Notes: generated from the sequence alone by a model not told the origin. Numbered from the stretch's first letter, positions 10,817-21,277 are shown. The stretch: 64,000 nucleotides of DNA from a virus (IMGVR_UViG_3300008954_000001); one strand, 5' to 3'. Translations and numbers: made by a program.

Positions 10817-11413
10817 TCAAGAAATCATGTTGCTTGGACTTGATCCCGCCGCCACAGCGGGAGCGGGAGTCACGGGGGAGATTGCACCTGTCCCAAACCC
10901 TAAGGCAAGGTTCAAAGCAATCCCATTTCCAATACCTGTTGCTAACATGGGTAACAATACCCCCTTCATACCCACGGCCTTGAATCCGCTCTGAATCGAC
11001 TTGATTAATTTAGGTGAATTAGACACCACCACCTTAGCAATATCGGCCCCACCTGAAACACCTGCAACCGACCCCCTGTAATATGCGCTTTGATTTATAG
11101 TGTTCGAGAACCCGATAGAGATCGCAGTCGCCATCTCCACCATCTTGACCCCCTTTAGGCCAGCAGCAAGGCAAGCCCCTATCACCACTGGCGGTGCCGG
11201 GGGGCAAATTACCTTACCGCTCGATATCATCCCCGCACCCGCTGGCCCTACTGGACAAACACCGACCAGCATCGCATTAGAGGTTTGGGCATTGATCCAG
11301 TTCTGAACCCCCATCCCAATCCCATTGGTCATCATCAACCAACCCGGAGCCGTGGACTTGAAACTGCTTGCTGAACGAATGTTTTGAGCAAGCGACACCC
11401 CAATAACAGGCAT
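10817..11413 (-). CDS. Gly/Ala-rich baseplate-associated protein (~198 aa)
   Basis: The track ORF is 10817..11491. The likelier start is ATG 11413 (MPVIGVSL), with AAGGAG 5-6 nt upstream, just after the spike gene stop. Confidence 0.6.
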   Translation of the reverse strand: MPVIGVSLAQNIRSASSFKSTAPGWLMMTNGIGMGVQNWINAQTSNAMLVGVCPVGPAGAGMISSGKVICPPAPPVVIGACLAAGLKGVKMVEMATAISIGFSNTINQSAYYRGSVAGVSGGADIAKVVVSNSPKLIKSIQSGFKAVGMKGVLLPMLATGIGNGIALNLALGFGTGAISPVTPAPAVAAGSSPSNMIS

Positions 11414-11424
11414 AGCAGCCTCCT

Positions 11425-13776
11425 TTATACGAAACGCATCCCGTAGGCCGCTGTCGTAATCATCTTGTACTTCAACCCTGTAATCGGACAAAGGGAGCCG
11501 CCCGTAACAGGGCTGCCTGGAGCCGCTGCATTAGCCGCTGCCGTGAAGGTAAACAAACAAGCGTTCGCATCATGTTTACCTACCGTATCTGTACTGTACC
11601 CTGTCAGGCCCGTCAGGGACATGGCCGCCAACTGCGCTTTGTGGGAGATCCCACCAACCAAAGTCGAATTCGTATAACCGTTCGCAAAATCTTGGACGGT
11701 TTTGTTTGTGCCACACTTACTGGTTCGTTTACCTAACCCGATGATGTGTTTCTCATCCCCAAGTTTGCGATTGACCTCACCATCCCCCGCATCAACCGTG
11801 CATTTCGTACTGCCATAAAGATAGTGGCTCTCATCCACAACAGTCGGGTAAGCAGCGCAACCAGAGGCGGGGCTACTGGTGAACTCTGTTTTTCGACACG
11901 GGCCGTCTTCGGAAGAACCCCCACCATGGGTGTATTTGGCGGTTTTCGACGTAAATACCTCTTGGTTGTCTCCGGCAAAGGATATCTTTGGAGACTCTAC
12001 CTGACACGATGATTTTACACGGCAATCGAAGGTATCAGCGTCATGGAAATCAAAGCTCTCTTGAGCCGAAAAACGGGCACTTCCCGCCACCGTCATTTTT
12101 GAATGGCCGCCAGAATTCAACATCAGGGCAGGGTCATCCTTGGATTGATCTTTCTCGCTCCCTCCCGCCGAGGACATGATGGCATCACCACCAAACATGG
12201 GGCGAGCCGCATTGATCGTTACTGGTCCAGCGGGAGCATCTAATGACACCCCTTCCCCGCCTTCCCCCACAACACTCATCTTTTCAGTGCTCTCAATAGA
12301 GTACGGGCTGGCCGTTCGGAAGGAGTAACCACCTTTGACAAACACTTGAAGGCCGTTCTCGATCCACACAAGCATCTTGCCGTCTTTACGAGAAGCCACC
12401 CAAGAGGAACCCGACCTCGCCGTAACTGTCGCAGGGTTTACTTTCAGCATCATGGAGGCGTGTTCGCCTATGGGCTTTCCTACACCTGAAGACAGAATTC
12501 CTTCCCCATTGACGATTTTTGGAGCAATTGGCTTTCCGTAAAGGTCCGGGTCACCGTAAAAATCATTCCCAACCACTGACCCCAACACGAACTCAACCAT
12601 GGGGGGCATCGCAGTCCCTCCCATGGGAAGACGATCCGCATCAAAGTTGTCTGTCGCTTCCGTAACGGGAAGCGTAGCGTCTGTCGTTTCTGCGACCTCT
12701 ACTCGAAACTCAGGGTCAAACCCCCACATACCGAGAGCGGCAGCATTGTGTGGTTCCCCCATCGGAGCCGCCTTGGACCCCACGTGCGCCCCGTACCGCC
12801 AGAATCCTTTGCCTCCATAGTAAGCGAAGTCCTCGGAAACATTTTTCGCCCTACCTTCATCATTGATAAACCCACCAGCTTCTAAAAAGCCAAACGGGTC
12901 TAAAGCACCGAACGGCACCCCTTTGCCTTGCATTTCAACTATAAAGATATTTTTTTCATCTTCGTCCCTTCGGAAAGGAAGAGCGGGGTTCAAATAGCCG
13001 TCTTCCTGAAGACCAAAACGACCATCGGCTTCGGCACTTGGGAGCTTGTCTAAGTAGTTCAAGAGATCGGCATGTTCCCAATCTTGTCCGTCCGAGAACA
13101 TCTCCGTAGGCAAGATATTAGCGTCTCGTTGAATTGGCCCCGCATAAACACGGGTGCCAGACATCGCCATGTGCGTGACTACTGAACGAGTGATCAAGGC
13201 TTGATCCTGATCTTGTAATCGGATCTCGTTGCCCCTTCGGTTCGCCAAAGTAACGGACTCGTCTAAGACTAAATCTGAACCTTGTGCCGAAGACGCAACA
13301 ATATGTCCCGGCTCCATATGGCGTAATTTGAACCGCTCTCGATCAGAAATGCCCTTAACCATCTGCCGAACACCAGTGGTGTCCATTCCCTCACCCCGCT
13401 CAAACTCCTGAGCGGGAACCCAATCACGAGCAAGCATTGGAGGAGGCGGGAACCAACTTAAAACCATAGGGCGTTTTGCAGAGGCTTGGCCCGATGAATT
13501 TGAGGAGATCCAGCCAACCACACAGTAATCGCCTATGGATGGCATCGACCCCAAGAAAGAACGCCTACCGCCACCTGCATAAGTGATAGGTACGGGGGCC
13601 AACTGGTTGTTTTCAGGGTTGCCCGTAAGCATTTGAAGAGTCACATGATGTGACTCATATTCAACGAAGATGACTTTAGCGACAGCTAAGGACCACGCAG
13701 ACCAGCCGGAGCCTGTCTTCATCCCTTCAAGTTCGGTTTCTTTTCGGTAGAGTAGATCGAGATAGGTATCTGCCAT
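11425..13776 (-). CDS. Baseplate central spike, gp5/VgrG-like (783 aa)
   Basis: N-terminal OB-fold-like segment (FVEYESHHVTLQML...SFLGSMPSIGDYCVVGW) and a beta-strand-rich Gly/Ser/Thr C-terminal half; lies directly after the hub; RBS AGGAGG. Confidence 0.65.
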   Translation of the reverse strand: MADTYLDLLYRKETELEGMKTGSGWSAWSLAVAKVIFVEYESHHVTLQMLTGNPENNQLAPVPITYAGGGRRSFLGSMPSIGDYCVVGWISSNSSGQASAKRPMVLSWFPPPPMLARDWVPAQEFERGEGMDTTGVRQMVKGISDRERFKLRHMEPGHIVASSAQGSDLVLDESVTLANRRGNEIRLQDQDQALITRSVVTHMAMSGTRVYAGPIQRDANILPTEMFSDGQDWEHADLLNYLDKLPSAEADGRFGLQEDGYLNPALPFRRDEDEKNIFIVEMQGKGVPFGALDPFGFLEAGGFINDEGRAKNVSEDFAYYGGKGFWRYGAHVGSKAAPMGEPHNAAALGMWGFDPEFRVEVAETTDATLPVTEATDNFDADRLPMGGTAMPPMVEFVLGSVVGNDFYGDPDLYGKPIAPKIVNGEGILSSGVGKPIGEHASMMLKVNPATVTARSGSSWVASRKDGKMLVWIENGLQVFVKGGYSFRTASPYSIESTEKMSVVGEGGEGVSLDAPAGPVTINAARPMFGGDAIMSSAGGSEKDQSKDDPALMLNSGGHSKMTVAGSARFSAQESFDFHDADTFDCRVKSSCQVESPKISFAGDNQEVFTSKTAKYTHGGGSSEDGPCRKTEFTSSPASGCAAYPTVVDESHYLYGSTKCTVDAGDGEVNRKLGDEKHIIGLGKRTSKCGTNKTVQDFANGYTNSTLVGGISHKAQLAAMSLTGLTGYSTDTVGKHDANACLFTFTAAANAAAPGSPVTGGSLCPITGLKYKMITTAAYGMRFV

Positions 13777-13832
13777 GGGTGCCTCCTAAGGACTCTACCC
13801 TGTGGCGGATATAGGCTGTTCAACCGAGGAAG

Positions 13833-16800
13833 CTACTCGTCCCCCTCATCAACCTCTTCGGAAGACCCGACATTCCCACCTTGATCGGTGTACATATCTT
13901 CCTCTTCTGGGGGAGCATCGCCTTTGAAGGTTTGGTAATACCATCCCGTTTCATCATTCGGCCACGAAGTCGCTTTACCCTCCTCCCAGTCCGTCATGTG
14001 TTCGGCTACGGACTCGTTTAAGTCATCTTGGGCCTGAGCGGGGTTGTGCCACTCATCAGCATCCCCATCAAAGATTTCCATCCACCTATTGTGTTGGGTT
14101 GACCCGACCTCATTGAGCTTATCGTACAAATCAGCCAATCTGGGATCGTCGGGAGCGTCACTAAACGCCGTAGCTAATTTCTGGAATGCTTGGCCCGCTG
14201 CGCTGTTCTCCCAATTCCCATCCCCGCCCCAATTATCGAACATATTGGCAAAATCGATAGCGTCTCGTGGCTTCTCGATCTGACCCCGCAGAGCGTCCTG
14301 AATGATTGTGTGATCTATTGAGGATTCTACAACTTGCTGCTGAACCGTTTTGACCACATTCGTTTGCAGATCCCCATCTTTGCCGTCTGGGGAAACATAA
14401 ATAAATTTGGACTCGTCTGTGGCAATCATTCGGACCATGGAATCGTATAAGATTTCATTCCCCGCCACGGGATCAAGCCCACCACCGGGGAAGATATCCA
14501 CAATGTTATACGCAGCGTTTAGGGGATCTGTGGTGCTGCCGGGAGTGTCTTCTCGTTGGAAATAGTTAATGAGACCCGCCGCCATGACTTTCCGTGTGGC
14601 CGCACTGCCCGTAATCCCCTTTTGCTCAATATACTGCGCCGTAGAAACGATGGCCTTGTCGTCATCCGTAGCTACTTTTAGAGTTCGTTGAAGTCTTGAG
14701 AAAGCCGCAGGGTTTGTTGTTTGCATCAACATGATCGCATCAAGCATCGTCGGAGTTGCTGCACCTGTGGCTGCGGTCGCCGTTCCAAACCCTGACAGAA
14801 GAGCCAACTTTGTGGAGCCTTCCTTCAATATGTCTCGAACAAACTTATCAATAACAGTGTCGTCGAGGGTTTCAAGAGGGTCTTGGGCCAGCAGCTTCTC
14901 GAAGCCTTGGCCCTCTTCACCAATCCGCAACCCACGCCCATACGCATAGCTTCCATAATGCCGATATCCACCCGCATCGCTGATCGGAAAGACGGGGGAC
15001 AGCACCTTTGTTTTCCGTCGAAACGACCCGGTTGCATTGTAATGCCCGCTTGCACTAATGGCCCAAGGCTTTAGCCACTTCTCACCACTAAGATTGAATG
15101 TGTCACATATGGCCTTCTGGAAAGAATTCAGTTCGAGGAAGCCATCTTTCGCCGCATCTGTATTCCTTTGCGCTTTGGTTTTGAATATTTTCCCCCACGC
15201 TACCGCCGAATACTTCAGTATGTAATATAGTCTGAAAGCAACCGCCTTAGCCGCTAACGTGTAAACCCCGTGCGACAGCTTCTTCATATCGACTTCTTTT
15301 TCGTCAAACCTCGGTCTGTCCGCTCTTTGTATCTGCCGCCTACCCTTTTTATAGCACTTACATTTGTCGTTGCCCTTGGGAGATTTGCCGCCTTTACAGT
15401 AGTTGTGCAAAAAGTAGTGGGAGGCTTTGACTTTGCTCATATCCACGGTTTTGTCTTTGTTTTGAGAGGCATCCAAGTCACTGTGGGGGAAGTCCGCTCT
15501 GACGTTACTACCAAACTCTTCCTCTAAGCCCCAACTAAGAGCCGAAAGTGCGCCGTCCCATTTTGCCGTAACTGACGTAGGTGGCGGAGTGTGCTTGCCG
15601 AAAGGGTTGTTCGCCGCCGTCCACCACGTTCCTGCACCAGGAATCGCAAGAGAATCCAACTCCGCAAGAATCGGCCCGAACCAATCCTCCATCGTATCGG
15701 TTGCTGCTGGCGGGCCGTATTTAATTCCCCAGCGTTTCACAAGTGCTTCTGCAAGGGCTTTTTCAAGCCCGCTGGCTGGGGATGGTGCGCCTGTGTGGGA
15801 TGACGGCACCATGGCCTTCAAGTCTATCCCCAACTGCGAAAAAACAAGCGTGTAGATTTGATCTGTAGGCAAGTCCTCTGTTCTCGATCCAGCCTTAGCA
15901 ACTCGAAAGGCCCTTACCTTACTTTGTTTTGAGTCGTCCCATGCCGCAAACCGCTTCTTCAAGTTATCCATTCCTTGAATAGCTTTTGGAACTTTATCCG
16001 CATTACTTCCCGCATGGAACATCCCATGGGAAGCATCTGCCATATCGTCGTAAGCGTCTTTTATGTTTGCACCCCCCGAACCCGGCATTGTGAAAGTGTA
16101 TCGAGTCGGAGCTTGATTCTCTCCTACGGGGTGTGCCGATGAATAATATCGGTAATAGCCGGGGGTAGAGGCGTTGCTGAAATTAGATTTCTTATCTCCC
16201 AAGAGATTCAAAATCTGTGCCGAATCTAACTTGTCTGGCTCATGTGCTTGGTTCCCAAGAACCCAAAGCACAGAAGTCAAAAGGTCAAAGATATCCGCTG
16301 TCCCCTTAGGGACGGTCCCGATAGCTTTCTTTTCATATGCTTTGATGTAGTCTGTGAGGGTGTCTTGCCAATCGCCCGTAACATCGAAATCCGCCCCCCC
16401 TTTACCGACATCCTCCTTTTGTTTTTCCATAAAGTCTTTGTAGGTCTCGACCTGCTTCTCAATTTCCGAAATTTTAAGCTGTTTGTAGTCCCATACAATA
16501 GAGCCGTTTTTCGTCACGTATTTCGACGACCCTGATCCAAGTCTCGGAACCCGAACCCACAAATCCGCTGCACCCACTGTAGAGGTGGTATCAAAAAGAG
16601 CTTTAGCTTTAGTTTCACTCAATGCAGCCCCGGCACCAGAAGTGGAGGTTGTAGCGAGAGATGAAGAGGATTCTCGGATCAAGGGTTCTTTTTGAGCGGG
16701 GTCTTTGAATGATGCCAGCGTTTGTTTGCTGTCGTGCCCGCAAAGGAGCAGGACCATGTTTCGGACATTTTGTGCATTTGACAGGTCCAAAACATCTTGG

Positions 16801-18716
16801 CCCAAAGCCCACGCAAAAGGGCTTATTCCAGCGGGATCGAGGGCCATGACCACATTCGGAAAGCCAGCAAACTTTACTGCACCTTCTCCAGAACCTTTAT
16901 CCTCCATCACTAATGGAAAATTCGGCAAATCGACACGATCTAATCGCACCCCGTTTATCCCATTAGCATCCCCGCTCGCTGATTGGTTGCTGTCCCCCGG
17001 AGCCATAAACTTCTCTCGCCTCGCCACGCATTGAAGAGAAGTTGTACATTGACCCCCATAACTAAAGCTGTGAGACATGGACTTGATGTAATAAAAGCAA
17101 TCTAAGTGCTCCACATACACGGGAAAGCCCGGTCGTAGTTCAGGACGTAATGGGATCGTAATGTTGGCCGAGTTCATCGCCTCATTAAGAATATCAATCC
17201 GAGCAACCGCAGCCCAAAACGCCCCACGAGCACTACTATAAAACTGTGCGTCCAAGTCTCCGGGTCGCCACCCAAACTTTGCCACCAAAGGGTAATCGAT
17301 ATACTGTCCTCGAATACCCCATTCGCCATCAAGACCCACACCCGTCATGTTCGAGAAGGCACTCGATTTGACTGTCATATATGTAGCAGTAGGTTCGGCA
17401 GCGGCTCTGGTGATTGAGATGAGGTCTTGGGGAGCAATCCTGTACGCCTCCAAATTACGAGTATCCAGATTGTAAAGAGGTGGCTTGAACACCAAATCCC
17501 CATCCACATCTTGATAGAACTCGTAACCCACGGCGGTAGCGGCTGCGCTGGCAATATCCAACTTGGAGGTGTACGAGGCTTCCCACAAGTTGACGTTGCC
17601 CCACTGACTAATATCATGCACAAAGGCTTTCAGTTGGGCTGCTGATACAGCCACACCCGACTTTTCGCCCGCTCTCGGCATGTATTGAAGCCTATCCGCA
17701 GGGAAAGAACCTTGGGTGTACCTTCTTGCATCCTTCACATCAGTTGCCATTTTCCAGATATCTTCGTTTCCTCGAAAAAGATCTGAAGGCTCCGTCTGTG
17801 TGTTTCCAGTATGTCGCAAGTTGATCTCTGCCGCCGTGTTCAATTGCTTAGTCGTCATACGACCAATCATGGCCGTCTGGACCGAATTCAACTGCTCTCC
17901 GTTCACACCAAACATGCGTAGGTTGTACACTTTACTTCGGAAGCGTTGCTCCCAATACTTTTGGGTCATCTCAAATAGAGAGTTACCTGTCCCAAAGAAC
18001 TTCTTGGCTTGGTTGCTGGAAGCACTCAACGCAAACGCCACACCTCCCGCTGCCCCCGCCGTATCCTTGTAAAGCGAGTAGATGATCGAAAACGGGGTCA
18101 TGTTGGTAAAGTTGTGGCCCACCAAACTCATTTTGAGCTTTGATCCCGTAGGCCGAGTACCAAACAACGAAGCGTTTGTACTGATGTCGTGGTACTGCCA
18201 AAAATGCAACATTCCAGTACACGACATATTGATCGAGTAGAAACCACCGCTGTAATCAATGTTGGCGGTAGTCGTGACCCCATGAAAGCAGTGGTAATAG
18301 GGTCGGAGGGCTAAATCCGTGGCATTATCCCCAAGAGCATCCCGCAGTGCTTTCACTTCTGTAGCATCTAAAGTATTCGCCATCCCCTCCACAGGAAAGT
18401 AGCCTCTCATATAAATATGAACTTCCAATCCTGGCTGGAAAACTGAATGCCCGTCCGAAAATAGAGAACTCCCAATGTCATTGGGAATAGACATGGTGAA
18501 GGAACCAGAACAGGAACCCGCCTCCACACCAGAATCCACAGAAATCTGCGTGATATACCGCTGGATATCGATCTTCTTTTGTTTCGTAGACTCTGCTTTT
18601 GAAGACGTAACGGAAACATCGCCGTTCAGAAACAGGACGGCATCTGGCGTGTATCGGATCACTCCTTTGCGGTTCGGCACCCAATTACCAGCGTGTGGTC
18701 GATCAAAGACTCCCAT
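13833..18716 (-). CDS. Baseplate hub protein, gp27-like, with a large C-terminal extension (1627 aa)
   Basis: Hub-like N-terminal ~570 aa (EFYQDVDGDLVFKPPLYN; ANITIPLRPELRPGFPVYVEHLDCFYYIKSMSHSFSYGGQCTTSL); synteny between tube-initiator genes and spike. Confidence 0.6.
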   Translation of the reverse strand: MGVFDRPHAGNWVPNRKGVIRYTPDAVLFLNGDVSVTSSKAESTKQKKIDIQRYITQISVDSGVEAGSCSGSFTMSIPNDIGSSLFSDGHSVFQPGLEVHIYMRGYFPVEGMANTLDATEVKALRDALGDNATDLALRPYYHCFHGVTTTANIDYSGGFYSINMSCTGMLHFWQYHDISTNASLFGTRPTGSKLKMSLVGHNFTNMTPFSIIYSLYKDTAGAAGGVAFALSASSNQAKKFFGTGNSLFEMTQKYWEQRFRSKVYNLRMFGVNGEQLNSVQTAMIGRMTTKQLNTAAEINLRHTGNTQTEPSDLFRGNEDIWKMATDVKDARRYTQGSFPADRLQYMPRAGEKSGVAVSAAQLKAFVHDISQWGNVNLWEASYTSKLDIASAAATAVGYEFYQDVDGDLVFKPPLYNLDTRNLEAYRIAPQDLISITRAAAEPTATYMTVKSSAFSNMTGVGLDGEWGIRGQYIDYPLVAKFGWRPGDLDAQFYSSARGAFWAAVARIDILNEAMNSANITIPLRPELRPGFPVYVEHLDCFYYIKSMSHSFSYGGQCTTSLQCVARREKFMAPGDSNQSASGDANGINGVRLDRVDLPNFPLVMEDKGSGEGAVKFAGFPNVVMALDPAGISPFAWALGQDVLDLSNAQNVRNMVLLLCGHDSKQTLASFKDPAQKEPLIRESSSSLATTSTSGAGAALSETKAKALFDTTSTVGAADLWVRVPRLGSGSSKYVTKNGSIVWDYKQLKISEIEKQVETYKDFMEKQKEDVGKGGADFDVTGDWQDTLTDYIKAYEKKAIGTVPKGTADIFDLLTSVLWVLGNQAHEPDKLDSAQILNLLGDKKSNFSNASTPGYYRYYSSAHPVGENQAPTRYTFTMPGSGGANIKDAYDDMADASHGMFHAGSNADKVPKAIQGMDNLKKRFAAWDDSKQSKVRAFRVAKAGSRTEDLPTDQIYTLVFSQLGIDLKAMVPSSHTGAPSPASGLEKALAEALVKRWGIKYGPPAATDTMEDWFGPILAELDSLAIPGAGTWWTAANNPFGKHTPPPTSVTAKWDGALSALSWGLEEEFGSNVRADFPHSDLDASQNKDKTVDMSKVKASHYFLHNYCKGGKSPKGNDKCKCYKKGRRQIQRADRPRFDEKEVDMKKLSHGVYTLAAKAVAFRLYYILKYSAVAWGKIFKTKAQRNTDAAKDGFLELNSFQKAICDTFNLSGEKWLKPWAISASGHYNATGSFRRKTKVLSPVFPISDAGGYRHYGSYAYGRGLRIGEEGQGFEKLLAQDPLETLDDTVIDKFVRDILKEGSTKLALLSGFGTATAATGAATPTMLDAIMLMQTTNPAAFSRLQRTLKVATDDDKAIVSTAQYIEQKGITGSAATRKVMAAGLINYFQREDTPGSTTDPLNAAYNIVDIFPGGGLDPVAGNEILYDSMVRMIATDESKFIYVSPDGKDGDLQTNVVKTVQQQVVESSIDHTIIQDALRGQIEKPRDAIDFANMFDNWGGDGNWENSAAGQAFQKLATAFSDAPDDPRLADLYDKLNEVGSTQHNRWMEIFDGDADEWHNPAQAQDDLNESVAEHMTDWEEGKATSWPNDETGWYYQTFKGDAPPEEEDMYTDQGGNVGSSEEVDEGDE

Positions 18717-18727
18717 CAGCCGTCCTC

Positions 18728-20599
18728 CTAATCATCATCGTCTACCGCCTCGCCTACACCGGCTCCCGCCACGCCGCCCGCCACGGCACCCCAAGGACCA
18801 GCGAGACTCCCGACTGCGGCACCGACTACGGCACCCGCAATGACTTCGTTATTGTCGCCTGAAAGAGTGCTGTCCCACCAACCCGCTTCGTCGTCTTCGG
18901 GGGCTGTCTGAATACCTTGAAGGCCCCAGCCAGCGGTAGACTGTGCGGTGGGGTCTACCCCTGTATTGGACCCCCAACCATCAAGACCTACTTGAGCGTT
19001 CCAACTATCCTGTGCGCCCTCACTTGTTTGTACATTGAAAAAGGCATCGCCCCCCTCTTGCCCTTGATTCTGAACGGATTGAATAAAGGAAGCCATTGTT
19101 CGGATCTCGTTGGGATCGTCTCCAAACCGAGAGCCGTTGTTCGGATTGTTCATCCTCAAAACGCTGTTTGAGCGTTCGTCGGTGTGTCGGATTTCTGTAG
19201 CGGTAAAGTCAAAGGAGAAGTTCACCCCACCAAGGTTGTTCGCTTCTTCAAAGGTCCACTCCAACTTATCGAACTGCCCGATATATCGAACACCGTCATA
19301 GGCGATCTCGACCATACCGATCATCCAGTTCGCCTGACTTCCCCCAACTGTGTCTCGAATGTAGCCGTTGTTTCGGTACAACATGAACAGGTTCATCAAG
19401 TTCTGGTAGGCGGGGGACACCCTGCGACACGCCTCTTGAACACCCGATGGGTGTGTCGTTGCGCTATCTCCAAAACCTGATGAAGTAGCCAGTGAGCCAG
19501 ATACCGCAGGGCCAGTAAGGGCCGATGGGCTTTCCCCTCCGTAATAGGCTCCAATACGACCTGAAAAGTTGATTGTTGGAAGCTGCTCGCCCCACGCCTG
19601 ATAAATATAGCCGTACCGAGTTCGTTCTTGGAACGATTGGATCTTGGCATAGGTAACATTCATCGAAGTGGGGTTGATCAAAAGGATCAAGGGCGGAGTC
19701 CTCATCATTTGGATCAACTGCATGTAGATATCAGCGACATTCGCTTGCCCAAATAAGGGGATCGTGTCTTGAACCCCGGCCAAGTCGTTTGAAAGGGTGC
19801 CCTCTGTCGCAGAGGTGATCTGGCCGTTGTAAACCATCATCTCCAAGTTGCTGATAACCGCCTTAAAACCTATATCCGCCGCCGCTCGATCCGCCGCCGA
19901 TTTTGCATCGCTGCCAGGGGTCCAAAAGGAAGTTGTTGCCGTTGGATTCGCCATTCCCATCAACGCTTGAGTCTTAACCGAAAGATTACCCAACCCTGTC
20001 CACGAGTAAGGATCTGAAGCCGTAGCTGCCCCCACTTCCTTGGGAGGTAACAAACTAATCGTAAAAGGGCTTAGATGACGGATGTTCTTGTTTGAGGCAT
20101 CCATAGGAGGATTCTGTTGATCCTCCACACTCCAAGAAGCCCTTTCAGCCGACAACCCACTAAAAACATGAAGGGGTTGGTGCTCGTAAATGCTCGCCTC
20201 CCCAAACATACCCACAACACCTGTCGGAATAGGGTCCGACACGTCTGGCAAAATCCCGCCTGAATCAAACCCCGCTGGCGTGGAAACCGCAGGTGGAACT
20301 TCTGCTTCCCCAACCGCCTGTTCAGCCGTTTCCACTGTACCAATAGTGAACGACCCTTCCTCGGCGGCGATCTCAAACGCTACCAACATAGCGTCCTCGG
20401 AAGTAGCGGTGGCTCTCGATATTGTGATCCCGCTTTCTTCCCCGTAGGACTCCGAAACTTGAACCGCATATTCAGCCGCTTCGGGCTGTAACCCCACAGC
20501 ATTGACTACCGAGTTCTCCAACAGAGCCGCTTCTTGGATTTTTTGAAGCTCCTCTTTCTGGATCGAAACCTGGTCGGGGGTAAGTGTAATGGCACCCAT
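18728..20599 (-). CDS. Tail tube initiator / baseplate-tube junction protein (623 aa)
   Basis: The core LLINPTSMNVTYAKIQ...QAWGEQLPTINFSGRIG is paralogous to the adjacent 221-aa gene; position after the tape measure. Confidence 0.5.
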   Translation of the reverse strand: MGAITLTPDQVSIQKEELQKIQEAALLENSVVNAVGLQPEAAEYAVQVSESYGEESGITISRATATSEDAMLVAFEIAAEEGSFTIGTVETAEQAVGEAEVPPAVSTPAGFDSGGILPDVSDPIPTGVVGMFGEASIYEHQPLHVFSGLSAERASWSVEDQQNPPMDASNKNIRHLSPFTISLLPPKEVGAATASDPYSWTGLGNLSVKTQALMGMANPTATTSFWTPGSDAKSAADRAAADIGFKAVISNLEMMVYNGQITSATEGTLSNDLAGVQDTIPLFGQANVADIYMQLIQMMRTPPLILLINPTSMNVTYAKIQSFQERTRYGYIYQAWGEQLPTINFSGRIGAYYGGESPSALTGPAVSGSLATSSGFGDSATTHPSGVQEACRRVSPAYQNLMNLFMLYRNNGYIRDTVGGSQANWMIGMVEIAYDGVRYIGQFDKLEWTFEEANNLGGVNFSFDFTATEIRHTDERSNSVLRMNNPNNGSRFGDDPNEIRTMASFIQSVQNQGQEGGDAFFNVQTSEGAQDSWNAQVGLDGWGSNTGVDPTAQSTAGWGLQGIQTAPEDDEAGWWDSTLSGDNNEVIAGAVVGAAVGSLAGPWGAVAGGVAGAGVGEAVDDDD

Positions 20600-21264
20600 T
20601 ATCCCGCCCCCCTCGAATAGTCATCAAAGCTGCCAGCAAGAGATTTGAATTCGTGTCGCTCACTCTCAACTGTAAAGGATGCCGAAATCGAAAACTCGTA
20701 TGGCTTTTCGGCTTCTTCTTGGACGGTGAAGTTACTGAACCACCCAAACCAGTGATGACCGTCAAAGGAACACTTGATCTTTCCACGGGTAATGATCGTT
20801 CCGTAAGCATCGTAAATCGCACCGTTACAATGGAACAAAGCCAAGAGGTCTAAGAACTTGTCATAGGCAATCGTCTGGCGGCGAGTACCCCCCGTGTCTA
20901 ACGCTTGCATACGGCTCGGTAAGCGGTCGTTGTGGAAGGTCGGCCCTGTGGTGTTGGAAAGACCCGAATAGAGCCTCATAAAGCCGCCTGTGGCCGCCTC
21001 GAAGCTAATCTCGGAAGGGATGTCACCCCAATGCTGTTCGACCCACCCACCCATCGTCTGGATGCGCTCAATGAGCTTCGTCATGCTGATGCTCATCGAC
21101 TTCGGGTTCACATGCAAAACAAGCCGCATCCCCTCAGGGAGCATACTGGTCACGCCATCGGGAGCGAGGATATCAAAGATAACAGGGCGGATGCCCTTAT
21201 CTGTGATCTCATCATATTCGTCGGTAAAAGCCGACTTGATGATCTGTTCGTACTCCCTCGCCAC
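20599..21264 (-). CDS. Tail tube initiator-like protein (221 aa)
   Basis: LHVNPKSMSISMTKLIERIQTMGGWVEQHWGDIPSEISF tube-fold-like motif; immediately downstream of the tape measure; 1-nt stop/start overlap with the next gene. Confidence 0.55.
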   Translation of the reverse strand: MAREYEQIIKSAFTDEYDEITDKGIRPVIFDILAPDGVTSMLPEGMRLVLHVNPKSMSISMTKLIERIQTMGGWVEQHWGDIPSEISFEAATGGFMRLYSGLSNTTGPTFHNDRLPSRMQALDTGGTRRQTIAYDKFLDLLALFHCNGAIYDAYGTIITRGKIKCSFDGHHWFGWFSNFTVQEEAEKPYEFSISASFTVESERHEFKSLAGSFDDYSRGAG

Positions 21265-21277
21265 TTCTCACCATCCC

